This document shows, piece by piece, positions 1-9,094 of a DNA stretch of 64,000 nt. The position numbers and the translations under genes were made by a program. Within the stretch, counting starts at the first letter, position 1, and the number at the start of each line of letters is the position of its first letter. The notes below the pieces were generated by a model that was given only the letters and a program-made list of their open reading frames with translations, was not told the origin of the DNA and searched no databases. Source of the stretch: Bdellovibrionales bacterium (lineage in GTDB: Bacteria > Bdellovibrionota > Bdellovibrionia > Bdellovibrionales > UBA840); assembly GCA_045110695.1 (NCBI GenBank), contig JBGCGH010000034.1, forward strand, positions 6,233 to 70,232. The letters are read 5' to 3'.

Positions 1-840
1 CCACTTTCTAATAAAGTAACCTTGGGTTAAAACCATCACTACTCCAATATAAGCAAAACCAAAATAGGCAATTCTTAACGGCCATTGAAAGACCTCATCA
101 ATATACAAAAATACTGTGGCCTCCATTTGAGCCATTGCAAAAACCTGAAAAAGCGTGATTAGCAGTAGACCAGGCAAGACTGGTCTACCAAAAATATTTT
201 TAATAGCAGCCCATCTAGAGGTGCGGGGTTTAAGTTTCGCACGTACCTCTTTGGTTAAACTCTCTTTCAACACTTTTAAAGCTACGAAAAAATTTAAATA
301 ACAAATACCCGCAGCGATTAATGCCGCAAAGTTCATCCCAAAAGGTGGTTGATCCGATATTTTAACTCCCAAATCTCCGAACAATCCACCCAATACCGGC
401 CCCAATATAAAGCCCATACCAAAGGCAGCCCCTATTAATCCCATGCTCTTTGATCTTGCATCAGCCGGAGTAACATCAGCAATATATGCCATAGCCGTAG
501 ATATATTTGCTCCGAAAAAACCAGCAAGCCCCCTCGATAAAAAGAGGAGCCAGAGACTATCGGAATAGGCAAAAAGTAAGTAACTGGTACTACTACCAAA
601 TAAGCTAAGAAGTAATATTGGCCGTCTACCAAACTTATCACTTAGTTTTCCCCAGAAGGGAGAAAATACAAATTGCATCAAAGAATAGATCGACATCAAA
701 AGACCAATTTCCATGGCCGTTGCACCGAGATGCTTTCCTAGATACGTGGATAAGGGAATGATCATTCCAAAACCTACCAAATCCATAAATACGATTACAA
801 ATATTACGATCAAAGCAGACTTTGAATTTTTCTTTTCCAT
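1..840 (-). CDS. MFS transporter (Tet/TCR-like drug:H+ antiporter type), N-terminal 280 codons; C-terminus lies beyond window start
   Basis: Missing from the ORF track because it is open at the window edge. Reverse frame from ATG (840-838) reads MEKKNSKSALIVIFVIVFMDLVGFGMIIPL...FSPFWGKLSDKFGRRPILLLSL..., with MFS motif A (G-x-L-S-D-x-x-G-R-R) and repeated hydrophobic helices. No stop down to position 1. Confidence 0.85.
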   Translation of the reverse strand, partial: MEKKNSKSALIVIFVIVFMDLVGFGMIIPLSTYLGKHLGATAMEIGLLMSIYSLMQFVFSPFWGKLSDKFGRRPILLLSLFGSSTSYLLFAYSDSLWLLFLSRGLAGFFGANISTAMAYIADVTPADARSKSMGLIGAAFGMGFILGPVLGGLFGDLGVKISDQPPFGMNFAALIAAGICYLNFFVALKVLKESLTKEVRAKLKPRTSRWAAIKNIFGRPVLPGLLLITLFQVFAMAQMEATVFLYIDEVFQWPLRIAYFGFAYIGVVMVLTQGYFIRKW

Positions 841-1003
841 CTTAGAACCTTTTAAAAATTACACTTATCTCAATTAGTATCTGGAGGCAGGAGCACAAAA
901 CGGAATGCGAGAATAATAAGTAGAAATTTTACCAACTTTAGCCCAGTCCCGTTCTTGAAGTGTCCTTGTTTTTCCTGTGTGAAATTCATAACATAGACTC
1001 AGT

Positions 1004-2032
1004 ATGATGAAAACAACTCTATTATTTTGCATTCTATTTCTAGGCTCTTTTCAGCTACTAGCTGCTGAGCGCACTTGGCAGCTTAAAACAGGCTTTGACT
1101 ATTTCAATACCACTCAAAATTTTGATACTGAGGGTAATATCGACGACCTATTTACTGGTCAGTATTTTACTCACATGAGATTTAATGGTGATTTTATCTA
1201 CCGATATAATAGATATCTTAATTTCATAGGATCTCTGGAAGGGGCCTACGGAGAAAGTTTTAGAGGCACAGATACTAGAACAAATTTTAATATTACAAAT
1301 TTTGCAGGTGGAGCTGAGTACATTCTTAGCCTCGGTAAAAGCTCTGCGGTGGCTCTGGGATTTATTCAAAATATCACTCCCAACGCAGTGGATGTGAATA
1401 CAGATCAAGTCATCTTGTCTGATGGAGTAATGGATTCAAATCTATATTTTGATCTCTATACCAGTATCCAAAGATTTGGATTGAGAGTAAAAGGAGGATA
1501 TCACGCCAGAGACGATGGAACAGCCAACCTTGGCCGCTTTCTCGGTGAGATTCAATACAGATACCTACCTTTTATAGTTGGTTTAGGCTATGAGGGAATT
1601 ATCTCAGCCACTGATGATCAATTTGTGAACTCCCCTATTTCCAGAACAACTGTAACAGATAGAGTAAATGGTGGTTCCTTCAAGTTTTATAACGTGAACC
1701 CAAAACTAAGCGAAATCAACCTTTGGGGCCTATATAGTCAGTCCCCATCTCTTGCTTTCCAAGTTGGCTTAAAACATACGATCGAAGGTCGCAGTAGCGC
1801 AGCAGGTAGCACCATATATTTTAATCTTTTCTACTCTTCTAAAAATAACTCTTATCAGACAGAGTTCATTCGATTAGCATCCCATGGAAAGACCGAAGAG
1901 GGAGAGTTTAAAATTAACCCTACCCAATACGAAGAGGAACAGTATTTTGTTCCAGATCCCAACAAAAAGAAGAAACGTAAAAAGAAGCGCTTAAAGAAAC
2001 GTAAGAAAAAGCGAATATTAGACGAAGTCTAA
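1004..2032 (+). CDS. secreted, outer-membrane beta-barrel-like protein with polybasic C-terminal tail
   Basis: Signal peptide MMKTTLLFCILFLGSFQLLAA. Body is rich in aromatic/Gly alternating strands. C-terminus is KKKKRKKKRLKKRKKKRILDEV. No family recognised. Confidence 0.55.
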   Translation: MMKTTLLFCILFLGSFQLLAAERTWQLKTGFDYFNTTQNFDTEGNIDDLFTGQYFTHMRFNGDFIYRYNRYLNFIGSLEGAYGESFRGTDTRTNFNITNFAGGAEYILSLGKSSAVALGFIQNITPNAVDVNTDQVILSDGVMDSNLYFDLYTSIQRFGLRVKGGYHARDDGTANLGRFLGEIQYRYLPFIVGLGYEGIISATDDQFVNSPISRTTVTDRVNGGSFKFYNVNPKLSEINLWGLYSQSPSLAFQVGLKHTIEGRSSAAGSTIYFNLFYSSKNNSYQTEFIRLASHGKTEEGEFKINPTQYEEEQYFVPDPNKKKKRKKKRLKKRKKKRILDEV

Positions 2033-2039
2033 AAAACTA

Positions 2040-2732
2040 CTAATCATTTACTTTCTTTAGTTGAATCAGAGCTTCATTTCTTCGAAGAAACCAAAGAGTC
2101 CAAGGCGGGTCATATCCAGCAAACATTGGTGCTGAATCCATTTCATACTGATTATTAGAAGCTATCCACTTTGCCAAAGTCTCTGCTTTTTTCTTTCTCT
2201 TAGAGTCACTCCAAAAGCCTGAATACTCGTAGGAGGCCATAAAATGCCCCTCTACTTGTTTCAATTTTACTCGCGGATCTAAAGGCTCAGGAAGATCTTC
2301 CATTTTATATTTTGAAGGCATACTGAACGTCATGGTCCATTGCTTGTCTTCTTTTGGCTCTACAATCACTGGTGCAGTCATAGCTATTTTTTCGTTAGAC
2401 TCCATGATTACAGGAGCCGTCATTGCAATTTTCTCGTTTTTAGTTTCCTCAGATCGAGTCACGGGTGAGGTCATTGCAATTTTTGTTTTTGATTTGTTCT
2501 TTCCAAATATATAGCCCGCCAAAATACGGAAAGCATCCCCTTGAGCATCATCAAAACTACCATCAACTGTTGTTGTCGCAACTATATACGGAGAGTACTC
2601 GCGGATCTCTTTGTTTCCTTCTTTTAGGACCACCTTATACTTTGGCTGTTCTTCAGATCGAACACCAAAAACCGAACAAGCCGACTGAGACATGGCCGTG
2701 ACTAAAACAAGAATCGTTTTCAACTTTTTCAT
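2040..2732 (-). CDS. SOUL heme-binding family lipoprotein
   Basis: C-terminal FAGYDPPWTLWFLRRNEALI is typical of the SOUL/HBP family. KIAMT(A/S)PV motif occurs three times. Signal with Cys (LVTAMSQSAC). Start moved to ATG 2732, which follows AAGGAG; the track start at 2747 is TTG. Confidence 0.75.
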   Translation of the reverse strand: MKKLKTILVLVTAMSQSACSVFGVRSEEQPKYKVVLKEGNKEIREYSPYIVATTTVDGSFDDAQGDAFRILAGYIFGKNKSKTKIAMTSPVTRSEETKNEKIAMTAPVIMESNEKIAMTAPVIVEPKEDKQWTMTFSMPSKYKMEDLPEPLDPRVKLKQVEGHFMASYEYSGFWSDSKRKKKAETLAKWIASNNQYEMDSAPMFAGYDPPWTLWFLRRNEALIQLKKVND

Positions 2733-2743
2733 AAGTATCTCCT

Positions 2744-3052
2744 TCAATTACAAGATAACATTGCTGAATCAAGTAGTGGAATTTTATTTTTTAATTCATC
2801 CAGCTCAAAATCATAGATTCGTAAAGTTTTTCTTCTACTTTGCCCACCCTTTAGGATTTCCACCCTAGACTTGGAGCGGCTAAGATGACTAGCCACAAAC
2901 CGAACTAACTCTTCATTTGCCTTTCCGTCTATAGGTGTTGATTTTAGACGAATTTTCAACAGACCATCGTGTAGTCCTGCTACTTCAGACGTCTTTGCTC
3001 CCGGCTGAACATATATTTTAAAATCTAGACTCTTCAATGGGCTCCTAAGCAA
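2744..3052 (-). CDS. yggU: YggU / DUF167 (UPF0235) family protein
   Basis: YVQPGAKTSEVAGLHDGLLKIRLKSTPIDGKANEELVRFVASHL...RVEILKGGQSRRK matches the YggU pattern. Confidence 0.8.
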   Translation of the reverse strand: MLRSPLKSLDFKIYVQPGAKTSEVAGLHDGLLKIRLKSTPIDGKANEELVRFVASHLSRSKSRVEILKGGQSRRKTLRIYDFELDELKNKIPLLDSAMLSCN

Positions 3053-3141
3053 TTAAATTAGAACTAAAGCCGTATTCACTTTACTTGGTTAAATGAGCAG
3101 AATAGAATTTTATCATATCTCTAATAAACCATGGAGGAAAA

Positions 3142-3249
3142 ATGGCAAGAGGCGATAATAGAAAAACTTTGAAGATGAGACAAAAAAAGAACCAAGCTAA
3201 AAAGAAGGCTCGTTTAAAACGTCATCTTGAGCAAAATAAAAAGAAATAG
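3142..3249 (+). CDS. possible small (35 aa) Lys/Arg-rich protein
   Basis: ATG 4 nt after GGAGG (3133-3137). Reads MARGDNRKTLKMRQKKNQAKKKARLKRHLEQNKKK. Below the ORF-track size cut-off. No family assigned. Confidence 0.35.
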   Translation: MARGDNRKTLKMRQKKNQAKKKARLKRHLEQNKKK

Positions 3250-3270
3250 ATAAAAAACATAGGAGTAGGT

Positions 3271-3933
3271 ATGAATTTAAAGTGGATATCCGTTTTCTCA
3301 ATACTTTTACTAAGTCTTGGTCTGTCGGCTCAAAACATACGGCCAGCCGGTCTTAATGCTTACGCAGGATTTGGATTTGCTGAATATGATATAAGTTCTC
3401 CTGCTTCTAACTTTACCATGGATCGAGGAGTTTTTGCTTCTATCTCGGGGGAAAGAGGCTTTGAGTTTTTAAATTCTTATCTGACTTTTTCCATCAACCT
3501 ACTTCAAAGTAAAGGACAGGCGGACTACAACTACACACCTCTATCCGCACCGTCAGTAGTAGCACCTGGAGTTGATTTTGACTCTAATCTTTTCCAGTTT
3601 GGTTTAGGCTATAAAATAAAGATATTTGATGGCGGTTGGTTTAGGCCGTATGCGGAAATCGGATATCTTGGTGGGTACTATCAGATTGAATATTCTAACG
3701 TAAGCTCTAACATCACTTCTGGCAGTGCCTCAGACGCTAAGACTTCTGACAGCCTATTTGATTCTGGAGGCTATTTAGAAGCCGGTGTAGAAATTGATTT
3801 TAGCGCTGAGTTTGGGCTGAAAATAGCTGCAAGACAGGCTGACATGAAGACTGGCGAACTAGATACACTAGATCAATCAGCAATCGACTATAAAACTACC
3901 GTAGTTTTCTTAAGTGTATTGAAAGCCTTTTAA
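3271..3933 (+). CDS. outer-membrane beta-barrel protein (OmpA-like barrel / porin family type)
   Basis: Signal peptide MNLKWISVFSILLLSLGLSA. Gly/aromatic alternating strands. C-terminal residue is F. Confidence 0.6.
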   Translation: MNLKWISVFSILLLSLGLSAQNIRPAGLNAYAGFGFAEYDISSPASNFTMDRGVFASISGERGFEFLNSYLTFSINLLQSKGQADYNYTPLSAPSVVAPGVDFDSNLFQFGLGYKIKIFDGGWFRPYAEIGYLGGYYQIEYSNVSSNITSGSASDAKTSDSLFDSGGYLEAGVEIDFSAEFGLKIAARQADMKTGELDTLDQSAIDYKTTVVFLSVLKAF

Positions 3934-4223
3934 TCGAAGTTTTCCTGGGGGCGGCACAGCTCCCTTTGACATTCAAAACCAAATCCTACTATCTGATTAA
4001 TTCTCTGAGTAAAAGTTCTTAATTTTGGCAAAATAAAGTTTTTAATCAGCTCATCCCCTCCTGGTTTATAGCGCTAATTTCAGGCCATTAAATCAGCTTA
4101 TTGCCATTATTTACATCAAAACTAGTTTTCCAAGGGAACTAGACTTGCGATTCGGCTCGACCAAAGGTTATCCTAAAGGCTGTCTTGGGCATACTCAAGG
4201 CGAGATAAACTTGGGAGGCAGGG

Positions 4224-4766
4224 ATGAAAATAGCGCCGATAGATATAGCGCATAAATCGTTTAAAAAGAAAACTTTTGGATTTGATACTGAAGAGGTAAT
4301 GGATTTTTTAAGAGCCATTGCTGATGAGTATGAAGATGTAATTCGCGATAGAAATAATCTTAAAGAGCAAATGCGCGACAAAGAACTTTCTATTTTAGAG
4401 TACAAAGAAAGAGACAAAACTCTTCGTGACACAATCACTACGGCTCAGAGAATGTCTGTTAAGGTTCGTGAAGACGCGGAAAAAGAAGCTAAGCTAATAT
4501 TAAATGACGCGAATCAAAAAGCTGACTTAATAGTTAAGGACGCTAGAGATTCTTTAAAAGCTGTTTATCAAGAAATTACAGATATTAAAAGAGCAAAGAT
4601 CCAGTTTGAAAGCCATATGAAGGCTCTTATTCAAACTCATCTAAAAATTATGGAACAAGGCAACGACTTGACTCCCAACTTTGATTTGTCTTCGTCCAAG
4701 AAAACTACAAACACGAAAGATAACTCGGTGAAAGTTACTACACCGGTATCTCCTGTTTCTATGTAA
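4224..4766 (+). CDS. divIVA: DivIVA domain cell-division protein
   Basis: N-terminus MKIAPIDIAHKSFKKKTFGFDTEEVMDFLRAIADEYE is the canonical DivIVA motif, followed by coiled coil. Confidence 0.85.
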   Translation: MKIAPIDIAHKSFKKKTFGFDTEEVMDFLRAIADEYEDVIRDRNNLKEQMRDKELSILEYKERDKTLRDTITTAQRMSVKVREDAEKEAKLILNDANQKADLIVKDARDSLKAVYQEITDIKRAKIQFESHMKALIQTHLKIMEQGNDLTPNFDLSSSKKTTNTKDNSVKVTTPVSPVSM

Positions 4767-4790
4767 TTTAAATTTCATTATAACTTCATG

Positions 4791-4820
4791 GCCTAACTAT
4801 TTATAGTTAGGCTTTTTTTT
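4791..4820 (+). terminator. rho-independent terminator after divIVA
   Basis: GCCTAACTA / TAGTTAGGC 9-bp stem, 4-nt loop, then T8. Confidence 0.8.
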
Positions 4821-4822
4821 GT

Positions 4823-5569
4823 TTAGCGAAGCAACTCAACTTCTACTATCAAGCGCGGATCTTGATTTTCAGTGTGCAGCACTTGCTTGTATTTACCCAC
4901 TTTTATGAATCCATTTTGAGCAAGTACTTGAAAGAACGGGGTTCTTTGAATTGCATTCCTAATAAGAGAATCTCTTTTAAAAGAAGTAAGAGAGTTAAGA
5001 AGAACGGAAAAGTGATTCACATAAAGCTCTGTTAGCTTATCCTCTAATAGCAGACGACTCCTAGTATGGAGGCTCAAAACCTGTTCTAAACTTTCTCTAA
5101 GTTCTTTTGAAGATTCGATGGAGCGCATAAGGTTTGTTAAAAATAAAATCGTATTATCCATGGCAAGTTCTACAGATACTTTTTTTACATGACTAAATTG
5201 GGATAAAAAGCTGGTCGCCATTGCTGATGATAGACCTAAGCGTTGGTACTCAGGCATCATATGAGCCCATTCAATATGAATACTCTTTTGGGACCTGGTG
5301 GAATAGAATGCGTTTGCGAAACCCACTTGCCTTGGCTCTAATCTACCATTATTAGATATCTCATGAAGAAAAGCACGAGCCTCAAAAAACTTTTCCCCGC
5401 TTATCGGGTTTTCTACCTGTCTCAATTCAAAGTGGAAATTTTTATCGTTTTTCTCATACATGAGGCTGCATTGCTCAAGCGCAGCACTTAAATCTAAAGA
5501 AAAAATATAAAGTATGAGAAATAGAAAACGAGTCAAAAAAAGTAATTCTCCGAACAATTGTTTATCCAA
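4823..5569 (-). CDS. hypothetical protein, possible N-terminally anchored GNAT-like acetyltransferase
   Basis: Hydrophobic N-terminus. IHIEWAHMMPEYQRLGLSSAMATSFL resembles GNAT motif A (Q/R-x-x-G-x-G/A). Weak call. Confidence 0.4.
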   Translation of the reverse strand: MDKQLFGELLFLTRFLFLILYIFSLDLSAALEQCSLMYEKNDKNFHFELRQVENPISGEKFFEARAFLHEISNNGRLEPRQVGFANAFYSTRSQKSIHIEWAHMMPEYQRLGLSSAMATSFLSQFSHVKKVSVELAMDNTILFLTNLMRSIESSKELRESLEQVLSLHTRSRLLLEDKLTELYVNHFSVLLNSLTSFKRDSLIRNAIQRTPFFQVLAQNGFIKVGKYKQVLHTENQDPRLIVEVELLR

Positions 5570-5654
5570 AAGGGGATAACACGAATTATTAAGATGCCCT
5601 AGTGATTGGACTGTTCTAGCTCTTGAATTGGAAGACTTTCAAAGCTTAGGAAAT

Positions 5655-6515
5655 TTATTTCCCTCTGTATTGGTGATTAGATAGATTTTTATTTCTTTGT
5701 ACGGACTTCTCAAAGCTCATCGCTAAAGTTCCCTCTAGCTCGAGTTCTCTCATTTTTTCCAATCCAGCCTCAGTAACACCCTTTTTAGAAGTTACCTGAT
5801 TTCTAAGCTCATCCAAACTAATGTTTTCTTGTAATTCTGCCAAAAGAGCAGCCCCTCTGAAGGTCTTAATAGTCATTGCCCTGGCAGAGGCTGCATCAAA
5901 GCCCCTCTCCACTAACCACTCTTCCCAGTATGTCATGAGCTCAAAAACAAAGCCCGTTCCACTGGCGCAAGCCACCATTAATGCATCGAACTCGTCCCCC
6001 TCTTCAACTTTGACAACAAGTCCAAGAGGAGAAAGTAATTCTACAATGATATCTTCAATAAGCGAGTCAGATTCTAAACTACTAATACCTATAACGCCCT
6101 CACCTACTCGGGATGCGGTGTTTGGCATGACCCTAATAATACTTTTTGTAGTTGGAATTAGACTCTTTAGTTCGTCTAAAGAAATACCAGCAGCTAGGCT
6201 GATAACGATTTTATCTTCGTTAAATGCATGAACTATACTCTCTATTGCACTTGGTAGATCCTGAGGCTTCATCGCTAAAAATATGATGTCGCTCTCATCT
6301 ATAAGCTCTTCGTTGGTTGGATAAACTTGAAGACCTTCATAACTCGTTTTTAGTTTTGCCATTTTCCCTGGCGTGCGATTTGATAATCCAATTTGGTCAG
6401 GAGTTACCGTACCGTCTTCCATCAGGGCTTCAATAATAGCCTGAGCCAAGTTTCCAGCTCCAATGAAGCCTACTTTTTTTCTTTTCACTAGTCCACGTGC
6501 TATTGGGTTGGCCAT
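5655..6515 (-). CDS. proC: pyrroline-5-carboxylate reductase
   Basis: VGFIGAGNLAQAIIEAL Rossmann motif and ProC-like C-terminus (VTSKKGVTEAGL). Start set to ATG 6515 (MANPIARG). Confidence 0.9.
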   Translation of the reverse strand: MANPIARGLVKRKKVGFIGAGNLAQAIIEALMEDGTVTPDQIGLSNRTPGKMAKLKTSYEGLQVYPTNEELIDESDIIFLAMKPQDLPSAIESIVHAFNEDKIVISLAAGISLDELKSLIPTTKSIIRVMPNTASRVGEGVIGISSLESDSLIEDIIVELLSPLGLVVKVEEGDEFDALMVACASGTGFVFELMTYWEEWLVERGFDAASARAMTIKTFRGAALLAELQENISLDELRNQVTSKKGVTEAGLEKMRELELEGTLAMSFEKSVQRNKNLSNHQYRGK

Positions 6516-6571
6516 GGTACTCTCTTTCTTTTTACAGGAGTTACACAAGTAACAATTGCTAAGATTTAATT

Positions 6572-7813
6572 CTACTGTCTTTTTCCGAAAAGAGCACTAC
6601 CTATTCTTATAATAGTAGCACCTTCCTCCATCGCAACCTGAAAATCTCCACTCATTCCCATGGATAGCTCCAGCACTGGTGAAGACTTAAGCTCATTTTG
6701 TAGGCGAGTTTGTAGGCCCTTCAAAAGCTTAAAATAAGGCCTAGCTCCCTCGGGAGAATCTGTTTCCGGAGGGACAGTCATTAAACCGCAAAGATCTACA
6801 TTGCTCATCTCATCAGCAAGCCTTGCTAAACGAAAAAGTTCGGCCTGATCCGAGCCTGAGCGCCCTTCTTTCTGAGTAAAATCAACCTGTAGTAGAATTT
6901 TTTGAATCTTATCAATTTTTGAAGCCTCTTTCTGTATTTGTAGTAACAAAGACTCTCGATCTACACTCTGAATGAGTTCTACAAAGGCTATAATTTTTTT
7001 TACTTTGTTGGTTTGTAAGCCACCTATAAAATGCCATTTTAAATCCAGGTGCTTTAGAGCCTCGTACTTTTTCTCTAGCTCCTGTACATAGTTTTCACCA
7101 AAGATTTTTTGCCCCGACTTGAATGCAGCCTCTATCATTTCGACAGGCTTAGTCTTACTTACAGCTAGCATTTGTACTCTCTGCTCGGCAGTGGATATTT
7201 TCGACTCAAATTTTTGAATCCTTTGTGCCAAACCAAAGATACTTTTTCTTGTTAATAGCTCAGTAGTTTCCTCAATAGGTAAACCAATCACATTCTCTAG
7301 ACTTCCGTCGAGCTCTCTTACAAATTTACCCGCCTGAGACTGAATCCCGTAACTTCCCGCTTTATCCAACCAGTCCTCGGTATCCAGGTAATTTTCCAGC
7401 TCAAAATCACTAATTTCTCTGAAACGAACCACACTGGTAACTAGTCTAGTTTCAAAGTCACCAGTTTTAGAATTCATTAAGCATATCGATGACTTAACCT
7501 CGTGTGTATTCCCAGACAGCATTTTCATTACTTTCTTGGCTTCCGCGCGGTTGGCGGGCTTTCCTAATCTATGGTCTTGGTAAATGACCATTGTATCTGA
7601 GGCCAAAACAAAAACTTCTTTATTAAATAGCTCATATTGGTCCACTGAGGCACTAGCCTTTTGCCTAGCTAGATCCTCCAAAGCGGCATCCAAGCTAAGG
7701 TTTTTATCGAGTTTTTCCGATAACTTAGGTGGAAGTATCTCAAATTGATATCCTAAATTTTCGAGGATTTTTTTTCTTCGTGGGGATTGAGATGCCAAAA
7801 CAAACTGTGCCAT
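6572..7813 (-). CDS. fusion protein: Maf-like nucleotide pyrophosphatase (N) + YggS-family PLP-binding protein (C)
   Basis: N-terminal half: LASQSPRRKKIL...LASDTMV...DKAGSYGIQ (Maf). C-terminal half: LLAVSKTKP (PLP Lys)...FGENYVQE...WHFIGGLQTNKVK...ELSMGMSGDFQVAMEEGATIIRIGSALFG (YggS). Confidence 0.85.
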   Translation of the reverse strand: MAQFVLASQSPRRKKILENLGYQFEILPPKLSEKLDKNLSLDAALEDLARQKASASVDQYELFNKEVFVLASDTMVIYQDHRLGKPANRAEAKKVMKMLSGNTHEVKSSICLMNSKTGDFETRLVTSVVRFREISDFELENYLDTEDWLDKAGSYGIQSQAGKFVRELDGSLENVIGLPIEETTELLTRKSIFGLAQRIQKFESKISTAEQRVQMLAVSKTKPVEMIEAAFKSGQKIFGENYVQELEKKYEALKHLDLKWHFIGGLQTNKVKKIIAFVELIQSVDRESLLLQIQKEASKIDKIQKILLQVDFTQKEGRSGSDQAELFRLARLADEMSNVDLCGLMTVPPETDSPEGARPYFKLLKGLQTRLQNELKSSPVLELSMGMSGDFQVAMEEGATIIRIGSALFGKRQ

Positions 7814-7841
7814 AGCGCAGTTTTACAACCTTAGAGAAAAA

Positions 7842-8744
7842 ATGGGAAGTGCTGAATATTTATTAATTCTAGGATTGGTTCTTTTGGGAGCAGCTGTTTA
7901 CAATATCGTAACGGTAGTGCTTGGTAGTAGCCAAAGCGCAGATCTTGTTTGGGCCTCAGAAGAAGAGCCTGAGAAATCTAAAAACGGCTTCATTGAGTTC
8001 TCCCGCCCCCTTGCCCACTTCACCTCTATGGGATTAGCAAAAAAAGTGAAGTCTCTCACCTACCGTGAAAAAGTAAATAAGCAAATCAAAGTAGCAGGTT
8101 TATCTAGGGTCATTAACGTAGATGAGTTCATTGGGATTCAAGTATTCTGGGGTTTCTTCTTTCCACTGATCTCTTTGATAATCAATTTTACTTTCGAACT
8201 AGGTTTCTCGCCCCTTCTGATCTTGGGATTGAGTGCCTTTGGAATCTATGTCCCAAAAATGTATGCGGAACAAACAAAGGCAGCTCGTTATAAGAGTGTG
8301 ATTTTGGATCTTCCTTTCTTTATAGACCTTCTCGCTCTAGCGACTGAGGCTGGGCTAGAGTTTATAAATGCAATTCAACAAGTGGTTGATAAAGCAGGTA
8401 AAGATTCTGTATTAGCCAGTGAATTTGACTTAGTTTTACGTGATATAAAACTTGGACGCTCTAGACAGGAAGCAATGAGAGACATGGCGGCTCGCTTAGA
8501 CATCTCGGAAATAACAAGTTTTGTAGCAGTGATAATTGACTCAAGTGAAACCGGTGTGAGTATTGGTAAAGTACTTCAACAGCAAAGTGAGCAAATGAGA
8601 TTGGAGAGGTTCTCCAGAGCAGAAAAAGAAGGAGCCAAGGCTTCTCAGATGATGCTGATCCCTATGATGGTTTTTATAATGCCAGCCGTTTTTATAATGG
8701 TGTTTGGACCAGTGGTTCTACAGTTTTTAGGACAAGGTAATTGA
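7842..8744 (+). CDS. tadC: type II secretion system F-family / TadC-like Flp pilus platform protein
   Basis: 300 aa with N-terminal TM, central TM pair, T2SSF-like segment LPFFIDLLALATEAGLEFINAIQQV and C-terminal TM. Size and topology match TadB/TadC. Confidence 0.7.
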   Translation: MGSAEYLLILGLVLLGAAVYNIVTVVLGSSQSADLVWASEEEPEKSKNGFIEFSRPLAHFTSMGLAKKVKSLTYREKVNKQIKVAGLSRVINVDEFIGIQVFWGFFFPLISLIINFTFELGFSPLLILGLSAFGIYVPKMYAEQTKAARYKSVILDLPFFIDLLALATEAGLEFINAIQQVVDKAGKDSVLASEFDLVLRDIKLGRSRQEAMRDMAARLDISEITSFVAVIIDSSETGVSIGKVLQQQSEQMRLERFSRAEKEGAKASQMMLIPMMVFIMPAVFIMVFGPVVLQFLGQGN

Positions 8745-9094
8745 AAATGAGATTGATGAACAGAGACAAAAATTTAGCCCTTAGCGAGCATGTGCAATTG
8801 GCACAAAGCTTTTCTACGCGCTTGTTTGGTCTGATGGGTAAAAAAGATATGCGCTCGGTGGATGAGACTTACCTTTTTCAACCTTGTACAAGTATTCATA
8901 CTTGCTTCATGAATTTCCCCATTGATGTGATATTTTTAGACAAACAAAAAGTAGTTAAGAAAATATATTGGAATATGAAGCCGTGGCGATTTACAAAAAT
9001 TCATTGGAGCTGTGACGCAGCACTAGAGTTTAAATCCGGCTATTTAAACAAAACTATGATCGAGGAAGGAGATGCTTTGTATGTGGAGTCTTAA
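8741..9094 (+). CDS. DUF192 family protein
   Basis: RLFGLMGKK...FQPCTSIHTCFMNFPIDVIFLDKQKVV...ALEFKSGYL...GD matches the DUF192 pattern. 4-nt overlap with tadC-like gene. Confidence 0.7.
   Translation: MKMRLMNRDKNLALSEHVQLAQSFSTRLFGLMGKKDMRSVDETYLFQPCTSIHTCFMNFPIDVIFLDKQKVVKKIYWNMKPWRFTKIHWSCDAALEFKSGYLNKTMIEEGDALYVES

Noticed and set aside
2340-2480. Three tandem imperfect DNA repeats of about 33-48 nt
   Set aside because: They are explained at protein level by the triplicated (E)KIAMTAPV motif of the SOUL-family protein. This is not a regulatory or mobile repeat.
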